From a virus, in the IMG/VR virus record IMGVR_UViG_3300032782_000007, positions 1 through 64,000 of that record: 64,000 nt of DNA, one strand, 5' to 3'. The position numbers and the translations under genes were made by a program. This document shows, piece after piece, positions 28,428 to 38,577 of the stretch; the stretch's first letter is position 1, and the number at the start of each line of letters is the position of its first letter. Below the pieces are notes generated by a model. That model was not told the origin of the DNA. It worked only from the letters and a program-made list of their open reading frames with translations, and did no database searches.

Positions 28428-28878
28428 GATCGACATTCGCGTCGCCATGGGGACCGGGGTCAGTGCGGTATGCGCCACGTGCAAACGGTTTTGGGAGGGA
28501 CGCGCCCAAGGTCTTGAGACGTGCACGGCGGGCGAAGACTGTGGTTCGCCGATTGTGGGCGACACGTTTCATCTCTACGAGGGCCCCATTACGGACTTCC
28601 TTCGGTTCTGCTTCGTATGCGGCGGTAAGCCGAAGAAGGCGATTCGAGTCCACGGACACGCGCGCCTCATTGGAGCCTGCGAGGAGCACGCGGGGTGGAC
28701 GGCGCAGCTCGCGCCGCGACGGAATCCGCGTCTACCGCTCGCACCCCGAACGGTTACGGACGGGCGAACGGAAGAGGACGTTTCGACGCTGATCCCGAAG
28801 CCAAAAAAGACTCTAGGGGCGGCAATGGCCCAGATGGAGGCAGGGACCTTCGTTCCCGACGAGGTCAAGTCGAAATGA
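28417..28878 (+). CDS. Cys-rich hypothetical protein
   Basis: CATC, CFVC, CEEH. Confidence 0.65.
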   Translation: MPAEIDIRVAMGTGVSAVCATCKRFWEGRAQGLETCTAGEDCGSPIVGDTFHLYEGPITDFLRFCFVCGGKPKKAIRVHGHARLIGACEEHAGWTAQLAPRRNPRLPLAPRTVTDGRTEEDVSTLIPKPKKTLGAAMAQMEAGTFVPDEVKSK

Positions 28879-29705
28879 AGGTGCAAGTAAAGCAGCTGAG
28901 CGGTTCCAGGGAGGGACTGAAGCTTATTCGACAGTGGCCGCAGCGTCTTGAGAAGATGCAGGCGCAGTACGCGTACTTGGGTGCCAAGTACATGCACGAT
29001 CAGGTCACCCAACGAATTCCCAAAGGGACGGCCTATCGCGGGTATCGCCAAGGGCTAGAGGTGGTAAAGGTCAAGGGGACCTCGAAGGGCGAGTACTCGT
29101 ACGCGGTTCAAATCGACAAGACGAACAGACATGTCAAAGAGATGTCGCCTCACAGGCAGCTGATCTGGGTAAAGCAGGGATCTCGCATGGGGCGGCGCGC
29201 GGATGCGATCGAGCTGCTGGTGAAGGGCAGCCCGTGGACGTTCGAGTCGCTGCCTTTCAAGCCCAAAAGGAGCGAGGCTCGGCTTGTCACGCACAAGGCG
29301 ACCGCGGAAGAGGTTATGCGGGTGACTCGGAAGAAACAGCGCGAGCGGCAGCGATACGCTCCCAAGTTGGCGCATCATGGTGTTCGCGTGCCGGGGCGCG
29401 CAAATTCGTTCCGAGTGCCTAACAAGATGGCGAAGCTTCCCGACGCGGCGCTAGACGCACTCAAGCTGGAATTCGGTTTGGGCGGGGTCCAGGCGAATCC
29501 GGCCTGGCGGGTGGGATTTCGCGGTCTAAAGAAGAAGGGGTTCAGTGGGTTCCTCAAGGACAAGCGTTTCTTTGGCAATCCATTGACAAAATCGTCATAC
29601 AATCAGTGGAAGAAGTGGCCGCCGCCGACCAAACACAAGATTTCGGTCGGCCAAGCCAAGGCCTTTAAGGGCTTCCAGGACAAAGTCGCCCTACGCGGCG
29701 GGTAA
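28875..29705 (+). CDS. Very basic neck-region protein
   Basis: K/R-rich; GAGG RBS; ATGA overlap. Confidence 0.6.
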   Translation: MKVQVKQLSGSREGLKLIRQWPQRLEKMQAQYAYLGAKYMHDQVTQRIPKGTAYRGYRQGLEVVKVKGTSKGEYSYAVQIDKTNRHVKEMSPHRQLIWVKQGSRMGRRADAIELLVKGSPWTFESLPFKPKRSEARLVTHKATAEEVMRVTRKKQRERQRYAPKLAHHGVRVPGRANSFRVPNKMAKLPDAALDALKLEFGLGGVQANPAWRVGFRGLKKKGFSGFLKDKRFFGNPLTKSSYNQWKKWPPPTKHKISVGQAKAFKGFQDKVALRGG

Positions 29706-29717
29706 TTCGAGGCACGC

Positions 29718-30362
29718 ATGGATCCCAAAACCAACGCACTACTTGTCGATCTTCAAGCCCATCTTCTCTCAGAGAGCATCGGCTCAGGGTTTACTGGCGG
29801 CGTAGTCTCTCCGGGTCTGGCCGAAGACATCGACGCGGTCGACGAGTATCTCGCGGAGACCGTCCGGGTGCTCATGCAGGTACTCGAATTGGACGAAGAG
29901 ACCGCGTCGGACTACGTGCTCTGGGCGGCCCAATCGGGCGAGCTGATCGCCGAGGCCCCGACCCTGCCGGAGATGACTGCGACGGTGGAGGAGATCGAGG
30001 CGTGGCTGAAGGCGGTCGAAACTGCCGGCTTTGCGGAGCGAGTCTGTGAGAGCGCCGCGCTTGAACTCGAACAAGCTGTGATTGAGGGCGCAGACGACTA
30101 CAAGACCGCGGCAGCTCACGCTGCGGATGCCACAAAAGCGGCCGTCGATGCAAGCAGGCACGATCACACAAAAGCAAAGAACGCGCAGATGGCGCGCAAC
30201 GTGGTTTGGGACAAATACGCCAAACACACGATTGCACGTGATGCGCATGCCGCGGCAGCCGGAAAGGCGCCTAGCATTGCTGATCAGCAGGCGCATCAGC
30301 AGGCGCATCTCGGGCATCACAATGACGCTCAGGCCTACCACCAGATCCTCCAAAAAATGTAA
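29718..30362 (+). CDS. Probable internal head protein with a His/Ala-rich C-terminus
   Basis: LSE/IEG sites; HAAAA/HQQAH tail. Confidence 0.55.
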   Translation: MDPKTNALLVDLQAHLLSESIGSGFTGGVVSPGLAEDIDAVDEYLAETVRVLMQVLELDEETASDYVLWAAQSGELIAEAPTLPEMTATVEEIEAWLKAVETAGFAERVCESAALELEQAVIEGADDYKTAAAHAADATKAAVDASRHDHTKAKNAQMARNVVWDKYAKHTIARDAHAAAAGKAPSIADQQAHQQAHLGHHNDAQAYHQILQKM

Positions 30363-30371
30363 GCGGCCAGA

Positions 30372-31106
30372 GTGGGGGACGACGCTTTCGACGCCAGGGT
30401 TGCAGGACTAGCTCGAACAGGGACGGTAGAGATCCGCGATTTTGATATCGGGATCATGACAACCCTCGGAGGGGTCGCAAACGCAGATCCACTAAAAGGG
30501 CCGATCGGGGTGTTCATTCCGCAGGTGCCCGGAGTGTGCCCGCCTGACGGCTACCAGGGAGTTCCGGTGGTGTTTGCGAACTCCGAAGACGTCAACACCG
30601 ACTTCAAGCTTCCCTACATTCTTGTGAAACGCGACGACTGGTCGCCGGCCAACGAGCGTTGGATGCCCGGGGCGGTTCAGTACCGGGCTCCTGCGGACGG
30701 TGCGCGACTGCTCCGTGCGACGGGTCCGCAAGGCCAGGTCAAAACCGGTTGGGATCGCATGGAGCAGTTGGCCCAGGCGATCCCCTACGACATCACGTAC
30801 ACAATCTCGGTTTCGGGCCGCTTTCGAGGGGCGGGCCAGCGTAACAATGCGAACGCCCTGTTCAAGCACGTTTTGAGGACTTTCCCGCCCTACGGGTGGA
30901 TGTGGCTCACCGATAGCATCGGCGACATGCGGTCGTACGAGGCCTTTAATGAGGGCATTTCCGATCTCGACAACATCGTTGATGTACAGGATCGAACACT
31001 GGGCCAGGCAATTACGCTGCGTGTAGAGGGCGAATTGGATCTTAAGGACCCTGTTTCAGTCCAAACAGTGAGAACGCCGTTGACGCGTAGAATAATGCCC
31101 CGTTAG
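30372..31106 (+). CDS. Tail terminator/completion protein, T4 gp15-like
   Basis: VPVVFANSE, KLPYILV, IPYDITYTI; upstream of the sheath. Confidence 0.7.
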   Translation: MGDDAFDARVAGLARTGTVEIRDFDIGIMTTLGGVANADPLKGPIGVFIPQVPGVCPPDGYQGVPVVFANSEDVNTDFKLPYILVKRDDWSPANERWMPGAVQYRAPADGARLLRATGPQGQVKTGWDRMEQLAQAIPYDITYTISVSGRFRGAGQRNNANALFKHVLRTFPPYGWMWLTDSIGDMRSYEAFNEGISDLDNIVDVQDRTLGQAITLRVEGELDLKDPVSVQTVRTPLTRRIMPR

Positions 31107-31118
31107 GCTGATCACTGA

Positions 31119-31439
31119 ATGGCCCGCTACTACAACCGAGAAAACGGTTCTTTGTCGCTGACTTTGCGCGGTGGCAAGTCTGTCACGATCGTCGGCAAGC
31201 AGTGGGTGGAAATCCCTACGGAAAACGAGGGATCCGAGGACCTCGTAACTGCCCTTAGAAAGGGACATCTCTATCGGTTTGCGGAGCCGGTAGAGACGCC
31301 GAAGACCGCGGCTGTCAAGGCCGAGAAGAGCGCCCCGGTAGTTGCCGAGCCGGAAGCGGCAGTTGAGTCGGCGGTCAAAGAAGATCTTCCAGCGGCCGAA
31401 ATCGAGAAACCTTTCGAGCCGCGTCGGAAGAGGGCGTGA
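31119..31439 (+). CDS. Small pre-sheath protein
   Basis: Position; low-complexity tail. Confidence 0.65.
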   Translation: MARYYNRENGSLSLTLRGGKSVTIVGKQWVEIPTENEGSEDLVTALRKGHLYRFAEPVETPKTAAVKAEKSAPVVAEPEAAVESAVKEDLPAAEIEKPFEPRRKRA

Positions 31440-31473
31440 GAGAATGAATAGCCTACGAGGGGGAATTTAGGTC

Positions 31474-34023
31474 ATGCCCGAACTGCAGTCCGCTGGAGTC
31501 TTCATCGAGGAGACTGCGAGCACCACGCAAGTGGTCGGTCCGGTTTCGACGTCGACGATGGGAACGGTCTTCTGGACCCCCCAAGGTCCGAGCAACGTTG
31601 CGACGCTGGTTACGAGTTTCAACCAGTTCGTGCAGACTTTCGGGACGTTCGATCGTCGCAGCTTCGGCGCCTACTCGATGGCCGCGTTTTTCGCGAACGG
31701 TGGAAACCGTGCGTACGTCGTTAGGGTGACTCCGTCGGACGCTACCAAGGCCGGCGCGCAAGTTCGCAGCCTGACCACGGACCAGCAGATCGAGGTTGGC
31801 GACGGCGCCACGACCGCCTTCACGAAGACCGCTTCGACATCGGTGCTCAAGGACAACAGCGGAGCGTCGCCGCTGGTTGCCGGCTCGTTCACGATGCGGT
31901 GGCGAGGAAAGGCGGCCGTTCAGACGGGCGTCGCGACGAAGAAACGCGACGGATCGACCACCCTGAACACCTCGACAGGCGTCCTCAAATACGAGGGTGT
32001 CCTCACGCTCGGTCTGCCAGCGGTGGATCCGCACTTGTTCGCGGTGGTTCCTGATGGGACCGCAGTCATCGGCTGGACTTCCAGCTCGGCAAGCAAGACG
32101 ATCACGATCGCGGCTCCGGTTTCCGGAACTGTCGGTGTGGGTACGAACGGCGCAGGTTCAGCGGCCACGTTGGACTACCGTACGGGTCGTTTCTCGCTGC
32201 TCATCGCGGTGAGCGAGACTCCGGATAACGCGGTCGGAGTGACGGGTACGTACTACCCGGCTACGGCAACGTACTCGGTGACGGACGACGGGGCAGGAAA
32301 TCTCCCGGCCGGATCGGTCCTCTCGGGTGCCGGCACCATCAGCTACACGACGGGCGCGTACAGCTTTACGACGCTCTCGACCACGCATATCCCGCACATT
32401 CACGGTCCGATCTTGGCGGTCTATCAGATCGAGGACTGGATCGTATCCCCGATCTCAGCTGGTGTTTGGGGCAACGCCCTCAAGCTGCAGATCACGGGCA
32501 GCCAGAACTACTACACGGCGGCGACGCAGTCGTACTCTCGCTACAACGTCTCGGTCCTTCAAACGGATTCGAACGGCGTCGATCAGACGATGGAGACGTA
32601 CGAAGATCTCGTCTTCGACGATCCAACGGATGCAGCGTCGGCGGCAGAGACGATCAACGAGTTCTCGAGTCTCGTGTCGATCGCTACACCGAACGGTGAC
32701 GAGGCGGTAGGCCAGCTCAACGGCATTCCGTTCACGCTGGTCCTCTGCGGGGGAGACGACTCGGATACCGGACGCCTCATTCAGCAAACGCTTCCGACGG
32801 CCGGACTACCGGTGGGCAAACGCTCGGTCGTCATCACGTATACCGACTCAGCCTCGGTTGCGCGAACGATCAAGGACGACGGGAAGGGAAACCTTACCGG
32901 GGACATCGACACCTCGTACACCGGCGGCACGGCAAATACGGTCAACTACACGACCGGTGCGCTCGACTTCAAGACAATCGCAGTAGCGGGTCCGGCAGGC
33001 ATCAAGGCGGACACGCTGGTGTCGGTCAGCTGGTACAGCGCCCCCGCGGAGACCACGCACACTGAGGACTTCGCGGATACCACGAAGAGCTACGCAGTCG
33101 GCTCGGACGGAACGTTCGACACCAACCATTTCAGCAGCCTGCAGTTCACGGATATCTCGTTGGCCCCGGACTACCAGGGTCTGTACGCACTCGATCGCAT
33201 CGACGAGCTGATGCAGGTAACGGTTCCGGACTTTGCCGGGGACGTGACCGTGACGGGCGAGCTGCTCGATTACGCAGCAACGCACGCGTCCTCTTCGTCG
33301 GGCGGCGATCGCTTCATCATCCTTTCGGTTCCGAAGGGTTCTTCGGCGACAGACGCCGTGGACTGGTTCCGCAACAAGCTGCTCCGATTCTCGGACTACG
33401 CGGCCCTTTACTGGCCGTGGGTCAACGTGGCGGACCCGCTCGCAAATGGGCGCAAGCTCACGATGCCGGTCGTTGGTCACGTCGCGGGAATCTACGCACG
33501 CACTGACAATCGTCGCAACGTAGGCAAGTCGCCTGGCGGTACGGTCGACGGCGCGCTGAACTTCATTCAGTCGCTGGAGATTGTTCCGACGAAGGGCGAG
33601 CGCGACACGGTTTACCCGAACCGAATCAACCCGCTCATCAGCTCGGCCCAAACGGGTTTGGCGGTCTGGGGAGTTCGAACGATCTCGCAGACTTCGACGT
33701 GGAAGTACATCAACGCGCGTCGACTCTTCATGTTCCTCGAGAAGTCCATCTACAACAGCACGTTCTGGGTGGTGTTCGAGAACAACGGGCCGGCGCTCTG
33801 GTCGCGAATCAAGGGGCAGCTCGACGGATTCCTCCTCGGGTTGTTCAACGACGGCTACTTTGCCGGAGCGACGCCAAATCAGGCGTTTTTCACGATCTGC
33901 GACAACACCAACAACACGCCTTCTTCGATCAATCAGGGTGTTGTGAACACGACTGTCGGCGCCGCGCCGAACGTTCCGGCGGAATTCGCAGTCTTCGGAT
34001 TCCAGCAGGTCACCAATAGCTAG
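31474..34023 (+). CDS. Tail sheath protein
   Basis: GVFIEE, AFFANGGNRAYVVRV, YAALYWPWV, GHVAGIYARTD, VWGVRT, YINARRL, VFENN. Confidence 0.95.
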   Translation: MPELQSAGVFIEETASTTQVVGPVSTSTMGTVFWTPQGPSNVATLVTSFNQFVQTFGTFDRRSFGAYSMAAFFANGGNRAYVVRVTPSDATKAGAQVRSLTTDQQIEVGDGATTAFTKTASTSVLKDNSGASPLVAGSFTMRWRGKAAVQTGVATKKRDGSTTLNTSTGVLKYEGVLTLGLPAVDPHLFAVVPDGTAVIGWTSSSASKTITIAAPVSGTVGVGTNGAGSAATLDYRTGRFSLLIAVSETPDNAVGVTGTYYPATATYSVTDDGAGNLPAGSVLSGAGTISYTTGAYSFTTLSTTHIPHIHGPILAVYQIEDWIVSPISAGVWGNALKLQITGSQNYYTAATQSYSRYNVSVLQTDSNGVDQTMETYEDLVFDDPTDAASAAETINEFSSLVSIATPNGDEAVGQLNGIPFTLVLCGGDDSDTGRLIQQTLPTAGLPVGKRSVVITYTDSASVARTIKDDGKGNLTGDIDTSYTGGTANTVNYTTGALDFKTIAVAGPAGIKADTLVSVSWYSAPAETTHTEDFADTTKSYAVGSDGTFDTNHFSSLQFTDISLAPDYQGLYALDRIDELMQVTVPDFAGDVTVTGELLDYAATHASSSSGGDRFIILSVPKGSSATDAVDWFRNKLLRFSDYAALYWPWVNVADPLANGRKLTMPVVGHVAGIYARTDNRRNVGKSPGGTVDGALNFIQSLEIVPTKGERDTVYPNRINPLISSAQTGLAVWGVRTISQTSTWKYINARRLFMFLEKSIYNSTFWVVFENNGPALWSRIKGQLDGFLLGLFNDGYFAGATPNQAFFTICDNTNNTPSSINQGVVNTTVGAAPNVPAEFAVFGFQQVTNS

Positions 34024-34086
34024 GCAATTTCACGGTTGATTTTGGTCTACTCGGTTACAGTAGAAGAAAGACTTTAGGAGCGGATA

Positions 34087-34689
34087 ATGGCGACGATCGT
34101 AGTGACAAACCTTAGCTCGACGGCGAGCGTTTACTGCTCGGACCTGTACACGTTGATCGCGCCGAGCGCGTCCGTAACGACGACGCGCGCGGTTTCCGAT
34201 CTCTCGCGTATGGCGTCCCTCCAGGCGCTTGTCGCGGCGGGGAGTGTTGGCGTAGCCATTACGTACTCCGCGGCGGAGCAAGCATCCGGCCTTGTCAACG
34301 AGGGCGAGACAGCTACTTCGCAGGGCAGCAAGTTCCAGTCGGTGCAGACGCTGCGATTTGCGTTTGCCGCCGGAGCGGGCGGATCGGCGGACGACGTCAC
34401 GATCTACGCGTTGGGCACGCTCCCCTACGCGAAGATGCGTGTCCTCAAGATGGAGTCGCTGGTCGCGACCGCAGTTGGCGCGTCGACCCTGCAGCTCCGT
34501 ACGGTGAGCGGCGGCGCAGGCACGCTTCTCGCGGCCACAGCGGGAACGCCGACTGGCTACGTCGGTCCCAACACCTCTGTCACCGCGACCTCGCAGGTTG
34601 TGAGCAGCTCGTCTGTGGGGCTCTTCCTCCGTCGCAGCGACAGCGGCATTGCCGGTGAAGTTCTCATCACCTTCGAGTGGGAGAACTAA
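34087..34689 (+). CDS. Probable virion structural protein
   Basis: AGGAG RBS; A/S/T/G-rich; between sheath and tube. Confidence 0.6.
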   Translation: MATIVVTNLSSTASVYCSDLYTLIAPSASVTTTRAVSDLSRMASLQALVAAGSVGVAITYSAAEQASGLVNEGETATSQGSKFQSVQTLRFAFAAGAGGSADDVTIYALGTLPYAKMRVLKMESLVATAVGASTLQLRTVSGGAGTLLAATAGTPTGYVGPNTSVTATSQVVSSSSVGLFLRRSDSGIAGEVLITFEWEN

Positions 34690-34739
34690 TCGTTCGGCAA
34701 AGCGAAGAGTTCGAACTTTAGGCGTAAGGGGAAACAAAA

Positions 34740-35297
34740 GTGGCTCGTTCACAGCTCGCCGACTTCATCCACAGCATGCGGTTCCACGTGGTCGCGGGAC
34801 AGCTCGCGGACGGGTCGAACGCGCCTATTCAGGCGATCAATCCCGATGCGGGTTTCTCGGCGTGCACGACGCCGGAAGCAACTGTAGAGGTTGTCGAGTA
34901 CAAGGAAGGTCAGTTCCTGTACACGCGCAAGTACCCCGGGCACGTCACTTATAACGATGTGACGATGTCGCGGGGTGTGGCTCGAACGGACAGCTCTTTC
35001 TGGGAGTGGATCCGAATCGTCATCGAGGGTAACGGCGAGTACCGATCGGATGTGCAGATCAAGCACTTTCACCGCTCGGACGTTCTTCCTGGCGCGCTCT
35101 ATACGGGCGCTCAAACGGTTCCCACGCTGCCTCCGGCGGAGAATCTCAACCTGACCGCGCCCGCGAAGATCTACACGCTCTACCAGGCTCTCCCGGTTCG
35201 GCACAAGTTCGCAGGCGATCTCGATGCTACGGATTCCGCTATCAGCATAATGGAGCTTGACGTGAGTTACGAACATTGTTTAATGGTCGAGCCCTAA
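34740..35297 (+). CDS. Tail tube protein, T4 gp19-like
   Basis: GFSAC, VEYKEG, KYPGHVTYNDVTMSRG, LDAT..ISIMEL. Confidence 0.9.
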   Translation: MARSQLADFIHSMRFHVVAGQLADGSNAPIQAINPDAGFSACTTPEATVEVVEYKEGQFLYTRKYPGHVTYNDVTMSRGVARTDSSFWEWIRIVIEGNGEYRSDVQIKHFHRSDVLPGALYTGAQTVPTLPPAENLNLTAPAKIYTLYQALPVRHKFAGDLDATDSAISIMELDVSYEHCLMVEP

Positions 35298-35317
35298 GTA
35301 GCTGAAATTACTAAAGG

Positions 35318-35345
35318 AAAAAGACGCCGTTTTGGCGTCTTTTTT
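35318..35345. terminator. Bidirectional intrinsic terminator
   Basis: AAAAAGACGCC-gtttt-GGCGTCTTTTTT. Confidence 0.88.
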
Positions 35346-35535
35346 CGTTTAAGCTGGCCTAGAGTCTCTCAAAGTAGCATGATATTATATGCAAGAAAGG
35401 CTCCTAGACTATAACTGGATCGTATCCCTCGGACGGATCGCGAACGACGCCAAGAGGGCTATGCTCAAGCTGGGGATGATCCCGTTCTGACGTGGCAAAG
35501 CTCAAGAGCGGGCGACGTGTTACAGCGTGGAACCC

Positions 35536-35563
35536 TTGACAAAACGTCGAAAAACGTCATTCT
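35536..35563 (+). promoter_or_regulatory. Promoter of the vapD operon
   Basis: TTGACA-16-CATTCT with direct repeat AAAACGTC x2. Confidence 0.6.
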
Positions 35564-35578
35564 AAGCCGAGGACGGCC

Positions 35579-35776
35579 ATGGCGAACCTTACCCCCGCTC
35601 AAGAAGCACAGCTCGTCGGCACCTTTCGCCGCTTTGGCGAGTACGGCCCCGTCTACGAGATCCTTGCCGTCAAGGCCGAGGGGCCGAACAAGGTGGTTGA
35701 GGTCGAGGTGCCGGAGACGGGCGAGAAGACCGTCGTAGCGCTCGACGACGTGCTCGCTGATCCGCAGGCCAAGTAG
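35579..35776 (+). CDS. Small VapD-associated protein, probable antitoxin (DUF5397-like)
   Basis: VGTFRRFGEYGPVYEI...VPETGE...VLADP; translationally coupled to vapD. Confidence 0.7.
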   Translation: MANLTPAQEAQLVGTFRRFGEYGPVYEILAVKAEGPNKVVEVEVPETGEKTVVALDDVLADPQAK

Positions 35777-36114
35777 TGTACGCGCTCGCGTTCGATCTCG
35801 ACATGGCGCAGCTTGCCGCCAATCGGCCCGGCCACGCCTCGGGTGCGTACGCCGAGATCCGCACGGTGCTCGTGAACGGTCATGGTTTTCGATGGACGCA
35901 GGGAAGCCTCTATATCCTCGATGGCGAGGACATGAGCGTGCTCTTCCGCGCGATCCAAGCTCTGATCGCCCTTCCGTGGTTTCCGGCGAGCGTGCGCGAC
36001 ATTCGAGCGTTCCGTGTCGAGCAGTGGTCTGACTTCACCGCGACGGTCCAAGCCGGGAGGGGCGGTGGAGCCGGAGCGGGTGGTGGTGCTGGGGGTGGCG
36101 GAGTCGTACGCTGA
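35776..36114 (+). CDS. vapD: VapD (Cas2-like) endoribonuclease
   Basis: MYALAFDLD, GFRWTQGSLY, WFPASVRDIRAFRVEQWSDFT. Confidence 0.92.
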   Translation: MYALAFDLDMAQLAANRPGHASGAYAEIRTVLVNGHGFRWTQGSLYILDGEDMSVLFRAIQALIALPWFPASVRDIRAFRVEQWSDFTATVQAGRGGGAGAGGGAGGGGVVR

Positions 36115-36229
36115 CCGACGCCAAGCCTGCTAAGTCGCCGCGTCAAAGTCACTTACGGTGGACGGGATCGAGCACCACCACAAGTCACGCTAAAGCGTCA
36201 CTTCGGGTGCAGAGCCGCGGCTTATTGCG

Positions 36230-36388
36230 ATGTACAGAGACGGCGCAACGGCCGCAGAAGCCGGTCGAGCAGTAGGCATCGGTACCAGAGCGGCCTCGAC
36301 AATCATCAAACGAGCAGGCGCAACGAGGACGCAGCTCGATGCTCAGCGACTACGCCGCGCCAAAGAAGCGCGCGATCTACGTGTTTAG
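36230..36388 (+). pseudogene. HTH remnant resembling a homing-endonuclease N-terminus
   Basis: MYRDGATAAEAGRAVGIGTRAASTIIKRAGATRT resembles LGAEFGITQVAASKILRAAGVRTR of the 15365 gene. Confidence 0.5.
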
Positions 36389-36970
36389 CCGCAGCGACTG
36401 CAAGTACTTGCGATCTTTCGCGTGCGCGATCTTTTGACGACGCTCTGCGGGAGCAGAGGCTTTGGCGATCTCACGGAGTGCCGTGATGAGACCGGAGCGG
36501 TGACTAGGGTAGAGGAAGAAGCAGATCGGTTGTTCTCCCGTACATTGTGGGATGTAGCAGACGGTGGTCCCCATGTAACGGTCGCGTTTCCGATGCTCGA
36601 TCAGGACCAACTGGCTGCTCGCGTGGAATGCGTCATCGCACGAGATGATCCGAACGTCTTTGGGGTATTTGGCTGCCCATTTGACGACCTTGCGGCTCAG
36701 CTCGTGGCCGGACCATTTGAAGGCGAGACCTCCAGGATCTGGAAGCATGAACCGTTTCGCGAACTCCCACCAGATCGTGTGTATATGCCGAACACCCTTT
36801 TTCGGGAAGATGTTCAAATCTGGCTTGAGCACCTTCTTCTCGGCAGCCGTCGTGGGCCGCTCACGCTGTTCGGGACACCGGGTCCGGCAGTCTCGGCCCC
36901 CTACAACACACTGAAAGGTGAGCGTGGTGCTGGAGAGGCTGCTCAGGCGGAAGCGGTGTTTGTGGGGCAT
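36377..36970 (-). CDS. Hypothetical protein (leaderless)
   Basis: Minus-strand TTGACA-16-TACTTT lies 7 nt before ATG 36970. Confidence 0.6.
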   Translation of the reverse strand: MPHKHRFRLSSLSSTTLTFQCVVGGRDCRTRCPEQRERPTTAAEKKVLKPDLNIFPKKGVRHIHTIWWEFAKRFMLPDPGGLAFKWSGHELSRKVVKWAAKYPKDVRIISCDDAFHASSQLVLIEHRKRDRYMGTTVCYIPQCTGEQPICFFLYPSHRSGLITALREIAKASAPAERRQKIAHAKDRKYLQSLRLNT

Positions 36971-37021
36971 CGAGCTTAAAGTAACCCCCAACCGCCCCCT
37001 GTCAACGGTTACCCTGATGGG

Positions 37022-37726
37022 ATGGCGCGTTCGACGATTACGGATCTTCTTCAAAATCACGCGTTTTTCCTGACAGAAGTCGCGCCTATTGACCCCTTGG
37101 CGCTTCCGATGTTGACACCCCTTTTCGGGTTCTCGGCGATCACTGCACCGGAGATCACCGCGCAGACCCAGGACATCACCGAGGGCAACTGGTTCTTCAA
37201 GCGGAAGGTGATTCGCGGGGGCGACGCCTCGAACATCACCCTTCAAAGGGGCATTGCGTTCTACGACAGTGACTTTTGGCGGTGGATGATGGCGTCGCTC
37301 AGCGGAAACCTCTCGAACTTTGGGTTTCCCCTCCCAGGGGGCCTAAACGTCTCCGTAGGAGGCATTACCCCAAGGAGGACTCTGATGCTAGTCCATTTCC
37401 TTCCGAGGCTTCCTGGGGCGCTTCCGGCGGGCTCAGACATCGTCATCCAGGCTGGTCTCGAGGCGGCGGGTACTGCGCTTGCGGGGGGCTCGGCATTGGA
37501 CGCGGCGGTCGGCGGGGTACGTACGGCGGCATTCGCCACGCTGGGGCATTTCGCGGGTCCGTTCGAGTTCGCGATCCGTTTGCCGGCCAAGGCGTGGCTC
37601 CTCAAGGGGTGCATTCCTGTCAGGTACAAGGCGGCCTCGGACTTTAGCGGGTCAGATCACGCGATCTCGCTCCAAGAATTGGAGCTTGCGATCGAGTCGA
37701 TCGACGAGGTCGCACTTGCAGGATAG
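37022..37726 (+). CDS. Second gp19-like tube protein (possibly baseplate-proximal)
   Basis: GFSAITAPE, ITEGN, NITLQRG, WLLKGCIPVRYK, ISLQELEL. Confidence 0.85.
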   Translation: MARSTITDLLQNHAFFLTEVAPIDPLALPMLTPLFGFSAITAPEITAQTQDITEGNWFFKRKVIRGGDASNITLQRGIAFYDSDFWRWMMASLSGNLSNFGFPLPGGLNVSVGGITPRRTLMLVHFLPRLPGALPAGSDIVIQAGLEAAGTALAGGSALDAAVGGVRTAAFATLGHFAGPFEFAIRLPAKAWLLKGCIPVRYKAASDFSGSDHAISLQELELAIESIDEVALAG

Positions 37727-37749
37727 AGAAGAATAGGCGAAGATAAGGG

Positions 37750-38577
37750 ATGTCGGCTGCGGACTATTGGAAGAGCAAAACACATTGTCCTTACGGACAC
37801 CCCTACGACACTGCGAATACTTACTACACGGCTCGCGGCTCGCGCATCTGTCGCGCCTGTGGCCGAGAGCGCAAGCGCCAAGAAAGCGAAGCGCAAACAG
37901 GGAGACCCGTTGTGCCTCGCGGTCAGAAAACGCACTGCGCACAGGGGCATTTGTACGACGAAGCGAATACGCGTCGAACAGCGAACGGCCGAGCGTGTCG
38001 AGCTTGTGGGAGGGAGCATGCGCGGAAGAAGGCCCAAGCCGCGGGCCGGCCAGGCGTGTACATCGAAAAAACACACTGTCCTCAAGGACATCCCTACGAC
38101 GAGGTAAACACCCGCTTCAACAAGATAGGCCGAGCATGTCGGGCGTGTGATCTGGCACGGCAAACTGCACGCAACGACGCGAATCCCCAACAAATGTTAT
38201 GGGCGAACGCGAAAAAACGTGCGCGCAGATACGGAGTCCCGTTCACGATAACGCCCGAAGATATTGTCATCCCCGAGGTCTGCCCTGTATTCGGCACACC
38301 TTTAGCGCGCAAACGGAGAGGAGGGCCAGGTCCCGATTCACCTACAGTCGATCGGGTAGTTCCCGCTCTAGGTTATATCCCGAGCAACATTGCAGTCATT
38401 TCCTGTAAGGCAAATGCGCTGAAGAACAGAGGCACTCTAGAGTGGTTCGAGCGATCCTTAAAGGAAGGCCTCGGGAGCCGAAGACGCATCACTGAGGAGG
38501 AGCTGCGTCTTTTGGTCGAATGGCTAAGGCTCCGAACAGGAAGCACGGGCAAGAAACGCCGAAGCAGTGCTCGGTGA
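37750..38577 (+). CDS. HNH-type endonuclease with three Zn-binding repeats
   Basis: 3x THCxxGHxYDxxNT...CRAC; CPVFG, SPTVDRVVP..GY...NIAVISCKANALKN. Confidence 0.8.
   Translation: MSAADYWKSKTHCPYGHPYDTANTYYTARGSRICRACGRERKRQESEAQTGRPVVPRGQKTHCAQGHLYDEANTRRTANGRACRACGREHARKKAQAAGRPGVYIEKTHCPQGHPYDEVNTRFNKIGRACRACDLARQTARNDANPQQMLWANAKKRARRYGVPFTITPEDIVIPEVCPVFGTPLARKRRGGPGPDSPTVDRVVPALGYIPSNIAVISCKANALKNRGTLEWFERSLKEGLGSRRRITEEELRLLVEWLRLRTGSTGKKRRSSAR

Noticed and set aside
35776-36114. CRISPR-Cas locus suggested by the Cas2-like gene
   Set aside because: The sequence is VapD; no cas genes or repeat-spacer array were seen
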